In this document: one piece after another, positions 41,630-55,063 of the stretch | How the letters are laid out: every line of letters begins with the position of its first letter | How positions within the stretch are numbered: position 1 is the first letter of the stretch | NCBI RefSeq assembly: GCF_006345805.1 | Contig: NC_043008.1 | Span: 41,540,001 to 41,604,000 of the forward strand | From: Octopus sinensis | Lineage: Eukaryota | Direction: 5' to 3' | Length of the DNA: 64,000 nt | The notes under the pieces: generated by a model | Told to the model about the DNA's origin: nothing | Databases searched by the model: none | The model's input: the letters and a program-made list of their open reading frames with translations, nothing else | Translations under genes and position numbers: made by a program

Positions 41630-42084
41630 AGGCGGCGAGCTGGCAGAAACGTTAGCACGCCGGGCAAAATTCTTAGCGGTATTTCGTCTGCCGCTACGTT
41701 CTGAGTTCAAATTCCGCCGTGTTCGACTTTGCTTTTCATCCTTTCGGGGTCGATTAAATCAGTACCAGTTATGCATTAGGGTCGATATAATGGACTTTAT
41801 CTGTTTGCCTGTCCTTGTCTGTCCCCTCTGTATGTAGCCCCTTATGGTCAGTAAAGAAATAAGAAACGTTAGCACGCCAAGCGAAATGCTTAGCGGTGTT
41901 TCGTCTGCCATTAAGTTCTGAGTTCAAATTCCACCGAGCTCGACATTTGCCTTTCATCCTTTCGGAGTCGATACATTAAGTAACAGTTATGCACTGGGGT
42001 CGATATAATCGATTTAATCCGTTTGTCTGTCCTTGTTTGTCCCCTCTATCTTTAGCCCCTTGTGGGCAATAAAGAAATAAGAAC
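41630..42084 (+). mobile_element. SINE family C dimer with a single flanking TSD
   Basis: The second unit starts at ~41862 and lacks the first ~15 nt; TSD CTACTACACTAA at 41618-29 and 42085-96. Confidence 0.9.
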
Positions 42085-42897
42085 CTACTACACTAACCAG
42101 TCACCTCAGTGCGGAAATGCTAGACATTTCTTGGCTCACACCGTTATTGTATTTTGATTCCATTCTTCATTACGTATATCTTGTGAAGACTACTCAGTAC
42201 AATATCCAATTTCAATTTAAGCACTTCACATTGTACTGAATGAATAAATTTGAATAATAGTATAATTTGAAAGATATGCACTCATATAAATTCCTTGATT
42301 TTATTTTTTGATATTTCCACATGGCTTTCTTTGATTGCTTAAACAAATGCAAAGATTGGAAAGAAAACACAATATGACAAATATATAAGAAAATAGCGGT
42401 AGGTACTTTCTGAAACATTACAAGTTCTGCTACATTGAAAGTCAGCAGTTAGTATTAGTTAATTTGGCAGACATAATAGATTCAGCCCCCCACCCTCACA
42501 CTCCCTCTTCTCCTTATTCTACATGTTCTTACTTTTCTCTCCTCCTCCTCCTACTCATCCTCGTTGTAGTTGTCGTCATCATACTTATACTCAGTCGTCT
42601 TCATCATCATCATCCCAAACATCTACACTGTCGCCATCGTCCTCTACATCGTCACTAAGCAACTTATTATTTATTCATTGTGCATAAACAAACGCGCCTG
42701 CGCGCATGCGCATTCGCGCACATAACGCAGTATTATTCACTGACAGTTTTCAATTTGAGTATGTGTACATGTGAGTGCATGTGTGCGAGTTAGCGTGAGA
42801 TGTGTGAATACCCATATATACACATATAAATGTTCATAGACGGATATGCGTGCATAAGTGTGCATACATCTCTCTATTTCTTTTTCTCTCTCTCTAT

Positions 42898-42986
<89 letters not shown>

Positions 42987-43175
42987 AGCGCGCGCCTGTA
43001 TGTGTGTGTATTTATATATATATGAAAAGAGAGACATACATATATATATATATGTATATATACATGTATGTATGTATATATATATATATGTTATGTATAT
43101 ATATGTATGTATACATATGTATACATATGTATATATATATGTATGGATGTATATATACATATGTATGTATATATA

Positions 43176-43242
<67 letters not shown>

Positions 43243-43393
43243 CATAAGTAGGTATACGTTCTATATATTATAGTTTTTCCTACTTGTCTAACTTCGTTTC
43301 GCTATTGTCAAAGGAATACATTTCTTCACAAAGTACCGAAGCGAGATAACATAAGGAAATGACCCAATATATATTTGATGAGATTAATATCCC

Positions 43394-43456
<63 letters not shown>

Positions 43457-44208
43457 GTGTCTGTGTGTGTGTGAACCTTATCTATGCTTACATATGTACA
43501 TGCATGAGGCAAACGTTTTGTATTTTTCGGTATTTTTTTTTTACGCATCTACGTATTTTCAGTTCTCAATTTGATTCTTATTCGTTGAAAGAAACGAGAA
43601 TGATTGCAGCCATACGGTTTACTCAAATGATGCGATTTAAGATACGTTTAGAGAATCTTCCAGAAAAAATCTAATTAAAAATCGTTATCCATTTACAAAT
43701 GACGTCGTCATTATGACCGATATAAAACAAAAAAAAAATATAGCGATTTCATGGCTGAAGAATTTTGTGTTCATATTCCATGAAAGTTGGTGTACTTGTA
43801 TTCTTGCAGAAGGCAATTAGGTAAATAGGTATGTGTCACTGATACTCTGCAGTGTTCATGACCAGGGCACTTGAGAAATTGCGTTTTTAGTTCATTGACA
43901 TGTCGATAAGTACGATATGATCGATGTAGCCTACTTATATAAGCGGTGAATCGCAACTTTTTTCAAGTTTCCGCCGACGGCAAATAAACGCTATTTCGTT
44001 TTAGAGAAAGTTTAATAGATTGATTCTATAACAGCAGTAAAATAGAAGTTACTTCATCCGCCCAGTCACTTCGTTAGATTAGCAAGGTCATTAAAGAATT
44101 GGATGGAATATACCCGCAGTATTTGCTCCCATTCCTCAAGTTCCGAGTTCAAATTATACCTTAACCAATTTTGTTTTTCAGCTTTTGTTGGGGGAGAAAA
44201 AATGCATC

Positions 44209-44617
44209 AGGCGCAGGAGTGGCTGTGTGGTAAGTAGCTTGCTTGCCAACCACATGGTTCTGGGTTCATTTCCACTGCGTGGCACCTTCGGCAAGTGTCT
44301 TCTACTATAGCCTCGGGCCGACCAAAGCCTTGTGAGTGGATTTGGGAGACGGAAACTGAAAGAAGCCCGTTGTATGTATTTATATATATTTGTGTGTGTA
44401 TGTGTGTGTTTGTGTGTGTTTGTCCCTGCAACATCGCTTGACAACCGATGGTGGTGTGTTTACGTCCCCGTAACTTAGCGGTTCGGCAAAAGAGACCGAT
44501 AGAATAAGTACCAGGCTTCCAAAGAATAAGTCCGGAGGTCGAGTTGCTCGACTAAAGGCGGTGCTCCTGCATGGCCGCAGTCAAATGACTGAAACAAGTA
44601 GAAGAGTAAAAGAGTAA
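44209..44617 (+). mobile_element. SINE family A, full length
   Basis: Collinear with 18371-18788. Confidence 0.9.
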
Positions 44618-45112
44618 TCCAACTGTTGTCTTTTCGAAATAAAGATTGTGATATTTCTTACTGCCATTTGCGTTCGAAGTTGAAATCCTACAGTGTTTTA
44701 CAAGGCCGACAACTTTTAGCGACGTCCTAGCTACTCCAAAGAGAGAATGCATAGCCTAGTGGTTACGCTGTTGCTCTCGCAATCGCGAGGTCGTGGCTTC
44801 AGTTCCAGGATCGGTTGATGTGCTGTGTTCTTGATCAAAACATTTCATATCACGTTGCGCTGCAATCTCTTGGACACCTGACTCCTGACACACCGTGCAC
44901 CAGTTCAGTGAATGTCATTATCATGGACAGAAAGTCCTAATGTACATCAGAAGCATTTGATCACTATAAGCAAAAAATCATATGTGCAAATTCTACGCCG
45001 AGAAATTACAGAAATTACAGAACCGTCTTTCTCAGTCTACGAGCTACATGGAATATGCACAGATGCTGATAAAATATATATGAGCCCAGATTTTGCATTC
45101 TATATTTACTAA

Positions 45113-45292
45113 GGATATGGTATGAAGCTTGCTTCATAATCCCTTGGTTCCCGGTTTAATCCCACCGTGTGGCATCTTCGCCAAGTGTCTTCTATTATAG
45201 CCTTGGGACAACCAAAGCCTTGTGAAAGGATTTGGCAGATGGAAACTGAAGCAAGCCAGTCTTATATATACATGCATACATGCATACATACA

Positions 45293-45337
<45 letters not shown>

Positions 45338-45570
45338 TGTGTGTGTCTATGTTTGTCATTGTGTTTGTTTCCCTTCCAGCATTTGACAACCGGTTTTGGT
45401 GCGTTTGTGTTCCGGCATCATAACGGTTCGGCTGAAGAGAACGACAAAATAAGTACCAGGCTTAAAAGGGAAAAAATGAATAGGTACTGAGGTCGATTTA
45501 TTCGACTAAAAACTTTGTAAGGCGGTGCTCCAGCGTGGGCTGCAGTCTAATGACTGATACAAGTAAAAGA
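45113..45570 (+). mobile_element. SINE family A, diverged
   Basis: Collinear body and tail. Confidence 0.8.
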
Positions 45571-45612
45571 TAGCGATGACTGACTATTTCGTTTGTGAAT
45601 CTACAAAGTGAA

Positions 45613-46020
45613 TACTCTTACTCTTTTACTTGTTTCAGTTATTTGACTGCGGCCATGCTGGAGCACCGCCTTTAGTCGAGCAAATCGACCCCGGAACTTA
45701 TTCTTTGTAAGCCCAGTACTTATTCTATCGGTCCTTTTTGCCGAATCGCTAAGTAACGGCGACGTAAACAAACCAGCATCGGTTGTCAAGCAATGCTAGG
45801 GAGACAGACACAGACACACAAACACATACACACACATACATATATATATACATATATACGACAGGATTCTTTCAGTTTCCGTCTACCAACTCCACTCACA
45901 AGGCATTCGTTGGCCCGGGGCTATAGCAGAAGACACTGCCCAAGATGCCACGCAGTGGGACTGAACCCGGAACCATGTGGTTGGTTAGCAAGCTACTTAC
46001 CACACAGCCACTCCTGCGCC
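45613..46020 (-). mobile_element. SINE family A, full length
   Basis: Reverse complement of 44209-44617. Confidence 0.9.
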
Positions 46021-46596
46021 TATGAATGAATATTTTGCACATTTATTATATTTATATTGAATGAGGGTAACATACTGAGAAGCTAAGTGTTGCATGTGGA
46101 GTCAGTTGTCCACCTAAGTAATGCGCGCACGCGTGTTTGTGTGTATGTTTGCTGTCATGTGGTGTCTGGAATGAATGGCTTTTGATGAATGAGTGTAACG
46201 AAATGAAATATCACTTAATGAGTTGCAGATGACTGATCGCTGATGTCGGGGGTGGGGGATTAAAGTGTTTCGCTATAATATATTTTATAGACATGTTGAT
46301 TTATCAAGTGGATAATTATATAAATAGACATTTGGATAAGACTAGACAGGAAAAAATGAATAAATATGGCGAATTATAAAGAGCAGTAAATACCTAATAA
46401 TTGCATTTGGGGGTTTGGTGTAATCAATCACAACTTAATTAGTAAACGTAACAATCTCTTTGAGGAATAGATTTTGTTGCTCTTATGCAGTGTATGGATG
46501 TGTGTCGTTTGCGATGAATATTACAATGGTATACATTGCGATATTTAATGTCAGCACTAAAATAGTCACAAGTCTGATCATGCTAAAGAATAAAGA

Positions 46597-47365
46597 TATA
46601 CGAGGCTCGGCTGGAAAGTTCATTGGTTGACATAGATACTCTCATGGAATGGGACCAAATGAGCTTTATTTTGCAATATAATCTTCTTTCGGATTCATGG
46701 ATTTTTTCATAGGTGTTGCAGTGCTTTGATCCGATTGTTGAAGAAGCTTTGATTTTATTGGTCAAAAATATCATCAACAGCAGATGTGATATCATCATCA
46801 CTGTAATACCGGTTCCCAGCCAAGTGTTTTTTCATGTTAGGAAACACATGATAGTCAGATGGAGCCAAATTGGGAGACTACGGAGGGTGATTAACCGGTT
46901 CACAGCCACAGACATGCACAGTAGCCATTGGAACCAAGGACTCCGTTGCTAGAACATTGTCCTGAGGAAACAAAAACCCCTTTCCTCAGCTTTCCTGAGC
47001 GTTTCGTCTTGATATACTTTTGTAACTGACTCAGCAAGTTTGCATAGTGCTTTCCACTATTGGTGTGGCCCTTTTGAAGATGGTCAATAAACACAATGCC
47101 TTTTGCATCCCCAAAACTAAAGCCGTCACCTTCCCATCAAACGACTTCGGCTCTCTTTGGAGCTGATGAAGAGAGGTTTTCTACTGCAGGGATTATATCT
47201 TTCTTTCTGACTCAAAATGAAGTGGCCGCACTCATTCTGGGTTAGGAAACGTTCAAGTTAACGGACTGGATCGGCTTCAAACAATGTCAGATTTCCCGTG
47301 ATGAGATCACCCTGGTGCGCTGTTGGTCAGTTGTCAGAATTCGTTGCACCCACAGAATATAGTTT
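46597..47365 (-). mobile_element. mariner (DD34D) transposase 3' fragment with terminal repeat
   Basis: WVQRILT...GIVFIDHLQKG..YANLL...HQDN...HPP*SPNLAPSDYHVFPNMKKHLAG; end TACGAGG at ~46600. Confidence 0.85.
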
Positions 47366-47568
47366 TTGCCCCTAGCAACTTATCACTTTCAGTTTGATGA
47401 GCAATGCAAAACCGGTCCTTACTTCAGTTACGTTGAAAGAACAAAACCTTATTTCGTGCAAAATTGTATATCTTTATTATCATGGATTTTACATACTCTA
47501 AATCCTGTAAGACAAATCTGTGTATTTTCATCTTTTCTCTTTCTCTCTTTCCCTCTCTCTCTATTACT

Positions 47569-47613
<45 letters not shown>

Positions 47614-47631
47614 ATATATATATATATATAT

Positions 47632-47669
<38 letters not shown>

Positions 47670-48746
47670 AACCCATGCAGGCTTGATATTCATTGCCCTG
47701 GTTTAATGACCTAATATACTTCACTATGATTATACAGAATAATATAATTTCATGAGCGTTGCTTACATTGCAAGTTAATCCATGAAACGCTTCTTAAGTT
47801 TGTTTTTCTTTATTGGTACATTCAATCCGTGTGCTTTTATATTAGTGTTATTACATTAAGCAATCATGTTCATGCGTGTAACTGAATGTAGTAAATTGCT
47901 CTACGCTGCAGATCCTCATCATGTTGATATGCAAATCGATGAATGTATGACACTGAATACCAATGCTAATCTGCCCGCACGTTTAAGTAGCTTGCTACCG
48001 TATCCCTGTATCTTTTAAACGTGTTTTTACTGGAGAATTTCTTTTTGTATTTTACGAGCTGTGAACAACGTCATTAATCTAATTACAATTCTTTATGAGA
48101 CGCCTTGAAAAGTTAATGGTGTTGCCATTCCCCTATTTGCTAATTTATGAATAAAGACACAGTTAAACCTCAGCATTTTGGCATTACTAGACATGAGAAA
48201 CCAAGTCTTAGAGAGAATATATATTACGTAATATTTACATAACTAAATTCCAAACACGTTGGAATTATACTCGTTTGGGGAGGATGGCAAATTAACTAAA
48301 TCACTGATTTTAAATTTGTAATAATTGTTTACGCCACACAGTTGACTGAACCAGATTTCAGCGAGATTGTTGACGGATGATTGATTTTAAATATTTTATA
48401 CATTTCAAAGGAATAAAATGCGATGTCCAAACAAGTTTATTGAGATCTAAAAGACGAATGATAAAATTAAATAACTGTAATGGTTTTACTGTCAGTATAA
48501 AACAGTATTTTTTCTTAAACAAATAATCATTCACACCAACGCCAACACAAGTACATAGGCATAAACATATACACATGTGCAAGCATACACTCATGCACAC
48601 AAACACACACAGACACACTACAAACAAATACATACATACATACATACACACATACATACATAATACATATGTGTACACACATAGACACAAGGATATATAT
48701 ATATATATATATAGATAGATAGATAGATAGATAGATAAATAGATAA

Positions 48747-48801
<55 letters not shown>

Positions 48802-48856
48802 TAGATATAGATATATATATACACACATACATATGTATACACAGATACACACAACG

Positions 48857-48902
<46 letters not shown>

Positions 48903-49104
48903 TTTGTATGTATATATATGCATGTATGTATAGGCTCACACACATGCATATAATGGAATATCATTAAAATGAAATATACGTACTCACGCGCATACTTATA
49001 CATCCGTTCATCATAAGGCGCAGTCTCAAATCTAATCAGAAATACGCACATATAGTTTTTTCTTTTAATGATAATCCTATATATGCACAAAATCATATGC
49101 TCAC

Positions 49105-49167
49105 GAGCTTATGGCTTAGTGGTTAACGTCGCGGGCTACTATAACGATTCCGATTCCAGGGAGTGAT

Positions 49168-49245
<78 letters not shown>

Positions 49246-49325
49246 AACATCGAAACATATCTTAGGAATGGGAACCCAGGTTCGAAATTTCCCCTAGATA
49301 CCTGAAGAAGGCTGGAAGGTATATA
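49105..49325 (+). mobile_element. SINE-like family E: tRNA-like head, (AAT)n, tail starting a hammerhead motif
   Basis: A box TGGCTTAGTGG (49112-22), degenerate B box (~49148-57), (AAT)n at 49171-49242. The tail ...GATAC CTGAAGA AGGCTG is truncated by (TA)n. Confidence 0.65.
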
Positions 49326-49342
49326 TATATACAAATATAATA

Positions 49343-49765
49343 TACTCTTTTACTCTTTTACTTGTTTCAGTCATCTGACTGCGGCCATGCTGGAGCACCG
49401 CCTTTAGTCGAGCAACTCGACCCCGGGACCCATTCCTTTGCAAGCCCAGTAATTATTCTATCGGTCTCCCTTGCTGAACCGCCAGGCAACGGGGACAGAA
49501 ACACACCAGCGTCGGTTGTCAAGCAATGCTAGGGGGACAAACACAGACACACAAACACACACACGCATATATATATATATATATATATACATGCATATAT
49601 ACGACGGGCTTCTTTCAGTTTCCGTCTACCAAATCCACTCACAAGGTTTTGGTCGGCCTGAGGCTATAGTAGAAGACACTTGCCCAAGGTGCCACGCAGT
49701 GGGACTGAACCCGGAATCAATGTGGTTTGTAAACAAGCTACTTACAACACAGCCACTCTTGCGCC
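49343..49765 (-). mobile_element. SINE family A, full length
   Basis: Reverse complement of the family A consensus seen in this window. Confidence 0.9.
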
Positions 49766-49811
49766 TATATATATATATAACCAAGAAAAAAGCAACAAGA
49801 ATGGATCGGTA

Positions 49812-49900
49812 GTTTAGTACAATTGTTTCATACTATAGACATTTTATTTAAAGCTGCAAATATTACAGGAAATATAATGTCAAGTATTCATCAGCTGAAA
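49812..49900 (-). ncRNA. Type I hammerhead motif, same family as 36206
   Basis: Minus: TTTCAG CTGATGA ATAC..GTAT GAAAC AATT GTA CTAAAC; perfect ACAATTGT palindrome, stem I partly mismatched; same downstream tail as 36296-36324. Confidence 0.65.
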
Positions 49901-50181
49901 TTATATATATATACAAATATAATATGTGTATATATTTATGCATATGTAGGTATGTATATATATATATATATATATATATCATCATCATCATCATCATCAT
50001 CATCGTTAAACGTCCGTTCTCCATGCTAGCATTGGTTGGACGGTTCGACCGGGGATCTGGGAAGCCAGAAGGCTGCACCAGGCTCCAGTCTTATCTGGCA
50101 ATGTTTCTACAGCTGGCTGCCCTTCCTAACGCCAACCACTCCGTGAGTGTAGTGGGTGCTTTTTACGTATATATATGTAGT

Positions 50182-50225
<44 letters not shown>

Positions 50226-50280
50226 AGAGATAATCAGTATATGACTTATTAAAGAAAGTTCAAGACACTTAGTCTTATTT

Positions 50281-50670
50281 ATATAATGGAGGAGATTGGA
50301 TGTCAGGATGGATTATAGTTTTATTTTTCATATTGCGATATAATTGTTTCTCACAAATGGACTCAGATATTCATAAATAGAAAATCGTAATTGTCATACT
50401 TGAACACGTCAGTAGCTAATAGTCTAGATTCAAATAAACGTGACTGCAAGAACGAAATTGCAAATCCCAAAATGATAACTAAGAAAAAAAAAAACTATGT
50501 ACTTTAAACGACCTCTTTATTTTTCTATTAGCTACTTACGAGTACAAGTATGGCAATTACGATTTTCTATTAATGAATATCTGAGTCTATTTGTATCAAG
50601 CAATTATATCGCAATATGAAAAATAGAACTATAATCCGTCTTGACATCCAATCTCCTCCATTACATAAAT
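50281..50670. mobile_element. Fifth inverted unit (~140 bp arms) with degenerate hammerhead remnants
   Basis: Arms 50283-50422 and 50525-50668 are ~88% reverse complementary. Left arm (minus): CTGACGT...GAAACAATT. Right arm: CTTACGA GTACAA...TTGTAT CAAGC. Confidence 0.6.
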
Positions 50671-50689
50671 ACGAATGAATTTATATTAT

Positions 50690-50847
50690 TTACATTGTTT
50701 ACATTTGACGGATATTAGTCGTCACCTTGTTTGTTGTTAACACACCTTTTCGGCTGATATACCCTCCAGCCTTCATCAGCTGTCTTGGGGAAATTTCGAA
50801 CCTGGGTTCTCACCCCTAAGGTATTTTAGGATGTTATTATTATTATT
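50690..50847 (-). mobile_element. Family E 3' tail with hammerhead-like motif (50739-50784)
   Basis: Minus: CTGATGA A GGCTG-gagggtatat-CAGCC GAAA AGGT GTGTT; aligns with 49245-49320; stems I and III are imperfect. Confidence 0.6.
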
Positions 50848-51330
50848 GAGTGAGAGAGCAGTTCATGCCATCAAAGTGACACTGGGGTAAAATATACGAA
50901 GCCCAATATACCCATCATCACTACCCGTCTGATAAGGGTACACCAGGCACATGCATCACAACCATATGTGCGCGACATGGTGCTCTCATATCAAGATAAA
51001 CAGCACATGACCTTGCAGGTGGGGCCTAGTTAGAAATTTCTTCAGGTTGAGTAGCCCATCCCGCTCAAAAGGTCCCTGAATAAGGGTTGTTTAAGGATGT
51101 TGAGAGAACCACCCATGTTTCCAGAGGTGAATTATTCAAACCCCAAAGAATCCCTCTCAACACATGGCTATGATGCTCCTCCAATACTTCTGCTCGTGAT
51201 CAGAGATGCACATATCGTCAGCCACTAAGGGACGTGCTCAACTGGTTAAGGTCAAACAACTGACAAGTAAATCTGTGGTATTGAGCAGAATATTTTCTGT
51301 AGCCCATCTTTTATACCAAGACAAAACAAT
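50848..51330. mobile_element. Unclassified ~480 bp element inserted into the (ATT)n tract of family E
   Basis: Unique GC-richer block flanked on both sides by (ATT)n; single copy in this window. Confidence 0.5.
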
Positions 51331-51346
51331 CATTATTATTATTATT

Positions 51347-51386
<40 letters not shown>

Positions 51387-51399
51387 TAGCTGGTGATTG

Positions 51400-51445
51400 T
51401 CTCACACTGAGAACGGATGACTTCCAGAAACCTAGGTCTGTGAGA
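51400..51445 (+). ncRNA. Type I hammerhead motif with G8A change
   Basis: Stem I TCTCACA/TGTGAGA (7 bp), CTGAGAA, stem II GGA/TCC, GAAA, palindrome ACCTAGGT, GUC triplet. Family of 3375-3745; the element spans ~51386-51540. Confidence 0.6.
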
Positions 51446-51541
51446 GATGGGAACGGAGACCTCCCTTGCAAATGCTGCACGCAGACACATACTCTGTGTG
51501 CCGTTACAGGACTGCTACTTCATGTTGGCATATAAACATTA

Positions 51542-51593
<52 letters not shown>

Positions 51594-51894
51594 ATGTGTG
51601 TGTGTGCGTGTGTGTATTGTGTGTATCCTTGTTCGAAGGAAAATGAATCCAGTCGTATGTTGGACCGTTGAATACTGCACATTTTTTTCTTTCTTCGTTT
51701 TTTTTGCCTTTTAATATTTTGTGTAGAAAAGCGTCGGCTGGAAACGTAAAAACTTTTCTATTCTTCCGTAGCGTTAAACTAATACACCTCCTTGTTGTTC
51801 CTACACTTGTCTTCGTCTTTTGTTTTCCATAAATTTGAACTCTGTGTGTGTGTGTGTGGGTGTGTGTATGTGTGTGTGTGTTTTTATGTGTGTG

Positions 51895-52110
51895 TGTGTA
51901 TCTGTGTTTGTTCCCCACCTCCGCTTGACAGCCAGTATTGGTGTTTTCACGTCTCCGTATCCAGGAGGTTCGGCAAAAGTGACCGATAGACTACTAGAAA
52001 TATCAGGCTTAATAAAACTATTAGGGACGAGTCATTCGACTAACATTTCCGTAAGACGATGCCGCAGCATGACTGCAGTGTAATAGTTGAAACAAGTGAT
52101 AAATCATAAA
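51895..52110 (+). mobile_element. SINE family A, 3' half
   Basis: CCGCTTGACAGCC..GGTTCGGCAAAAG..GAAACAAGT. Confidence 0.7.
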
Positions 52111-52595
52111 AGTTATGGCTGTATTAATATGTGTGAAATGCTTGTAAATAAGTTGACATTCCAACTTTTTTCATCAACGCATTTTTCGACATTGATTAAC
52201 TTTATTTTCTTCTCATAGCATATTATAGTTTGCAGTTAATGTTCGGTGTACTGGAAATGTCATCTTTAACTTCACTACAAGTAAATATTTACGTATTATC
52301 GCTATCACCATCGCCGTCGTCTTTAAAATGACTTGTATTATTGTCAAGAGGTCACGTAAATGTAGGAGAGGATTATAGTCAAGTTTAGTACATTAATGGT
52401 CCTTGTTTTATAGAATACAAAAGTTGAAACCTAACCTCTGTCTCAACGTGAAACAGAAATCAGAATTCGAATGGACGGTGCTAAATGCCAGTGGTTATTT
52501 CGCACTGATAATCCAACCAGTTCCTCATCTACTTCTCTTTCCCCACTTAGACAACATCGAAATAATCAAAATATATGGCAGGTCGTAGCAGAGAA

Positions 52596-52606
52596 AGCAT
52601 AGTAGC

Positions 52607-52666
<60 letters not shown>

Positions 52667-53013
52667 GGTGGTGGTGGTGGTGGTAGTAGAGAAGAGGGTG
52701 GTCGTGGTGGGTGTGGTGGTGTTGTTTGTTGTAGTAGTAGCGGGGGGTAGTAGGGAAGCGGGTGGTGGTGGTGGGTGTGGTGGTGTTGCTTGTAGTAGTA
52801 GTAGTAGTAGTGGTGGTGGTGGTGGTGGTAGTTGTAGTAGTAGTAGTAGTAGTGAAGAGGGTGGTGGTGGTGGGTATGGTGGTGTTGTTTGTAGTAGTAG
52901 TAGTAGTAGCAGTATTGGTGGTGGTGGTAGTGGTGGTGATGGTGGTGGTGGTGTTTGTAGTAGTAGTAGTAGTAGTAGGGAAGAGGAGGTGGAAGCGCTT
53001 GTGGTGGTGGTGA
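52596..53013. repeat. (GTA)/(GGT) cryptic satellite with ~50-60 bp recurring units
   Basis: GGTGGTGGG(T/TA)TGGTGGTGTTGYTTGTAGTAGTAG repeated about 4-5 times. Confidence 0.85.
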
Positions 53014-53722
53014 GGGCGAGAGTACGCAGCGTTAATTATGGTACTGAGAGAGAGAAGGGAATGGACGGAGAATGAAACACTTAGCAACTCAATTAGTAGT
53101 TTGAGGGCAGAAAGGAAAAGACAAAGAAGAACGTAATCAAAGTATCAACACTTGTACGGGTCCAAGAGGTCTAGAATATGGCTGCGCACAACGGAGGTCA
53201 TTTTCCCGAACCATTCATCATTTATCCAGCTGTTTATGCAGCACCATTTAACGCCTGTTATTACCTATTCAAACGATTTTAACTGAAGGTATTTTAACAT
53301 TTCATTGATTAAAATTCACATATATCTTCAGCCTCTTCAATTTGTTCTCAGTGTCTAATATAATAGTCATTTTGTAACATATGAGGGTACCCCACTGAGA
53401 TGATAGCGGTCAGCTTTCGCTACGTACAAATGTTTCTAGATCTTTGGCCTCTTGAACAGGTAACCTTAAGTAACTTGTGCATTTCCTTGCCTTTATATAA
53501 CATCCAATTGTCTCGTCGGTTCTTTTAATATTTAAATTTAATAATATAAATACGAAAGCAGCAAGATTGATTAGTTTTATATATTCAGTGTTGGAAGACG
53601 GATAGTCTGTATAAATATACTTCTGTGTCACACAAATGCACACTCACGGATGCATTTATATATACATTGCACTTACACTCGAACAGAAACATGATCGCAC
53701 GTATTATATAGACAGACATATA

Positions 53723-53762
<40 letters not shown>

Positions 53763-53862
53763 GGCATGTATGTATGTATGTATGTATCTACTATCTCTCT
53801 CTCTATATATATATATATAGATAGATAGATAGATACATACATACATACATACATATACCTAC

Positions 53863-53904
<42 letters not shown>

Positions 53905-54018
53905 TGACAGATAGACCTGTATATGTGTTTCTGACTGTGTGTATTTGTAAAAACACATACACACATATACGTATGTAGAATCATAGAGGTTTATACGTAT
54001 ATAAACAACCTATACATG

Positions 54019-54054
<36 letters not shown>

Positions 54055-54094
54055 ACAGTACACTTATACATGCCAAGATACATATATATATGTA

Positions 54095-54128
<34 letters not shown>

Positions 54129-54553
54129 TGTTTACAGATCAACACACACTTATATAATAAATGTGTACATAAAAATATGGGAGACGTGTGGTAGATAAAA
54201 TTATGGTAGACAGTTGACTCATGCTGGAGACTTCGAGGCTCGTTTGTTATATATATATTATCTGTAGCATATGAAACATTGTGAAAACCATCACTGCATA
54301 GGCTTCAAAAATCTGTTTCTGTGAAAAGAGAGAAAGGCTCAAAGAAAAGGCGATTGAAGAAGAAATTGTGCTAACATTGTCCCTATACTATATCTATCGA
54401 CATAAAGATGCAAAACGAAGTTAAACCTCAGTAAAATTATGTTGTCGGAACTAGTAACGCAAAACATTCTTCACAGCACTTTAGTATCTCTTGTCAAGTT
54501 GCATATACATGTGTGTATGCGTGTTTTTTCTGTATTTATGCGCATATTAAAAA

Positions 54554-54871
54554 GACTCCGCCGGTTACGACGACGAGGGTCCCAGCTGATACGATCAACG
54601 GAACAGCTTGCTCGTGAAATTAACGTGCAAATGGCTGAGCATTCCACAGACACGTTTACCCTTAACGTAGTTCTCGGGGATAATCAGCGTGACACAGAGA
54701 GTGACAAGGCTGACCCTTTGAAATACAAGTACAACTCATTTTTGCCAGCTGAGTGGACTGGAGCAACGTGAAATAAAGTGTCTTGCTCAAGGATACAACG
54801 CGTCGCCGGGATCGAACACACAACCTTACGATCATGAGCCGAATGCCCTAACCACTAAGCCACGCGCTCTC
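54554..54871 (-). mobile_element. SINE family B (copy in duplicate 1)
   Basis: Reverse complement of 4901-5219. Confidence 0.92.
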
Positions 54872-54881
54872 ACTTATGCGC

Positions 54882-54913
<32 letters not shown>

Positions 54914-55021
54914 ATGTAGGCATGTATGTATGTATGTATGTATCTATCTATCTCTCTCTCTATATATATATATATAGATAGATAGATAGATACATACATA
55001 CATACATACATACATACCTAC

Positions 55022-55063
<42 letters not shown>

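Noticed and set aside
41132-47944. Plus-strand micro-exon-like motifs (41132-41161, 47912-47944)
   Set aside because: Isolated, with no phase chain; expected by chance.
51720-51760. AGC-GTCG-GCT-G-GAAACGTA hammerhead-like remnant (tail also at 33330-33410)
   Set aside because: The CUGANGA core is not recognisable.
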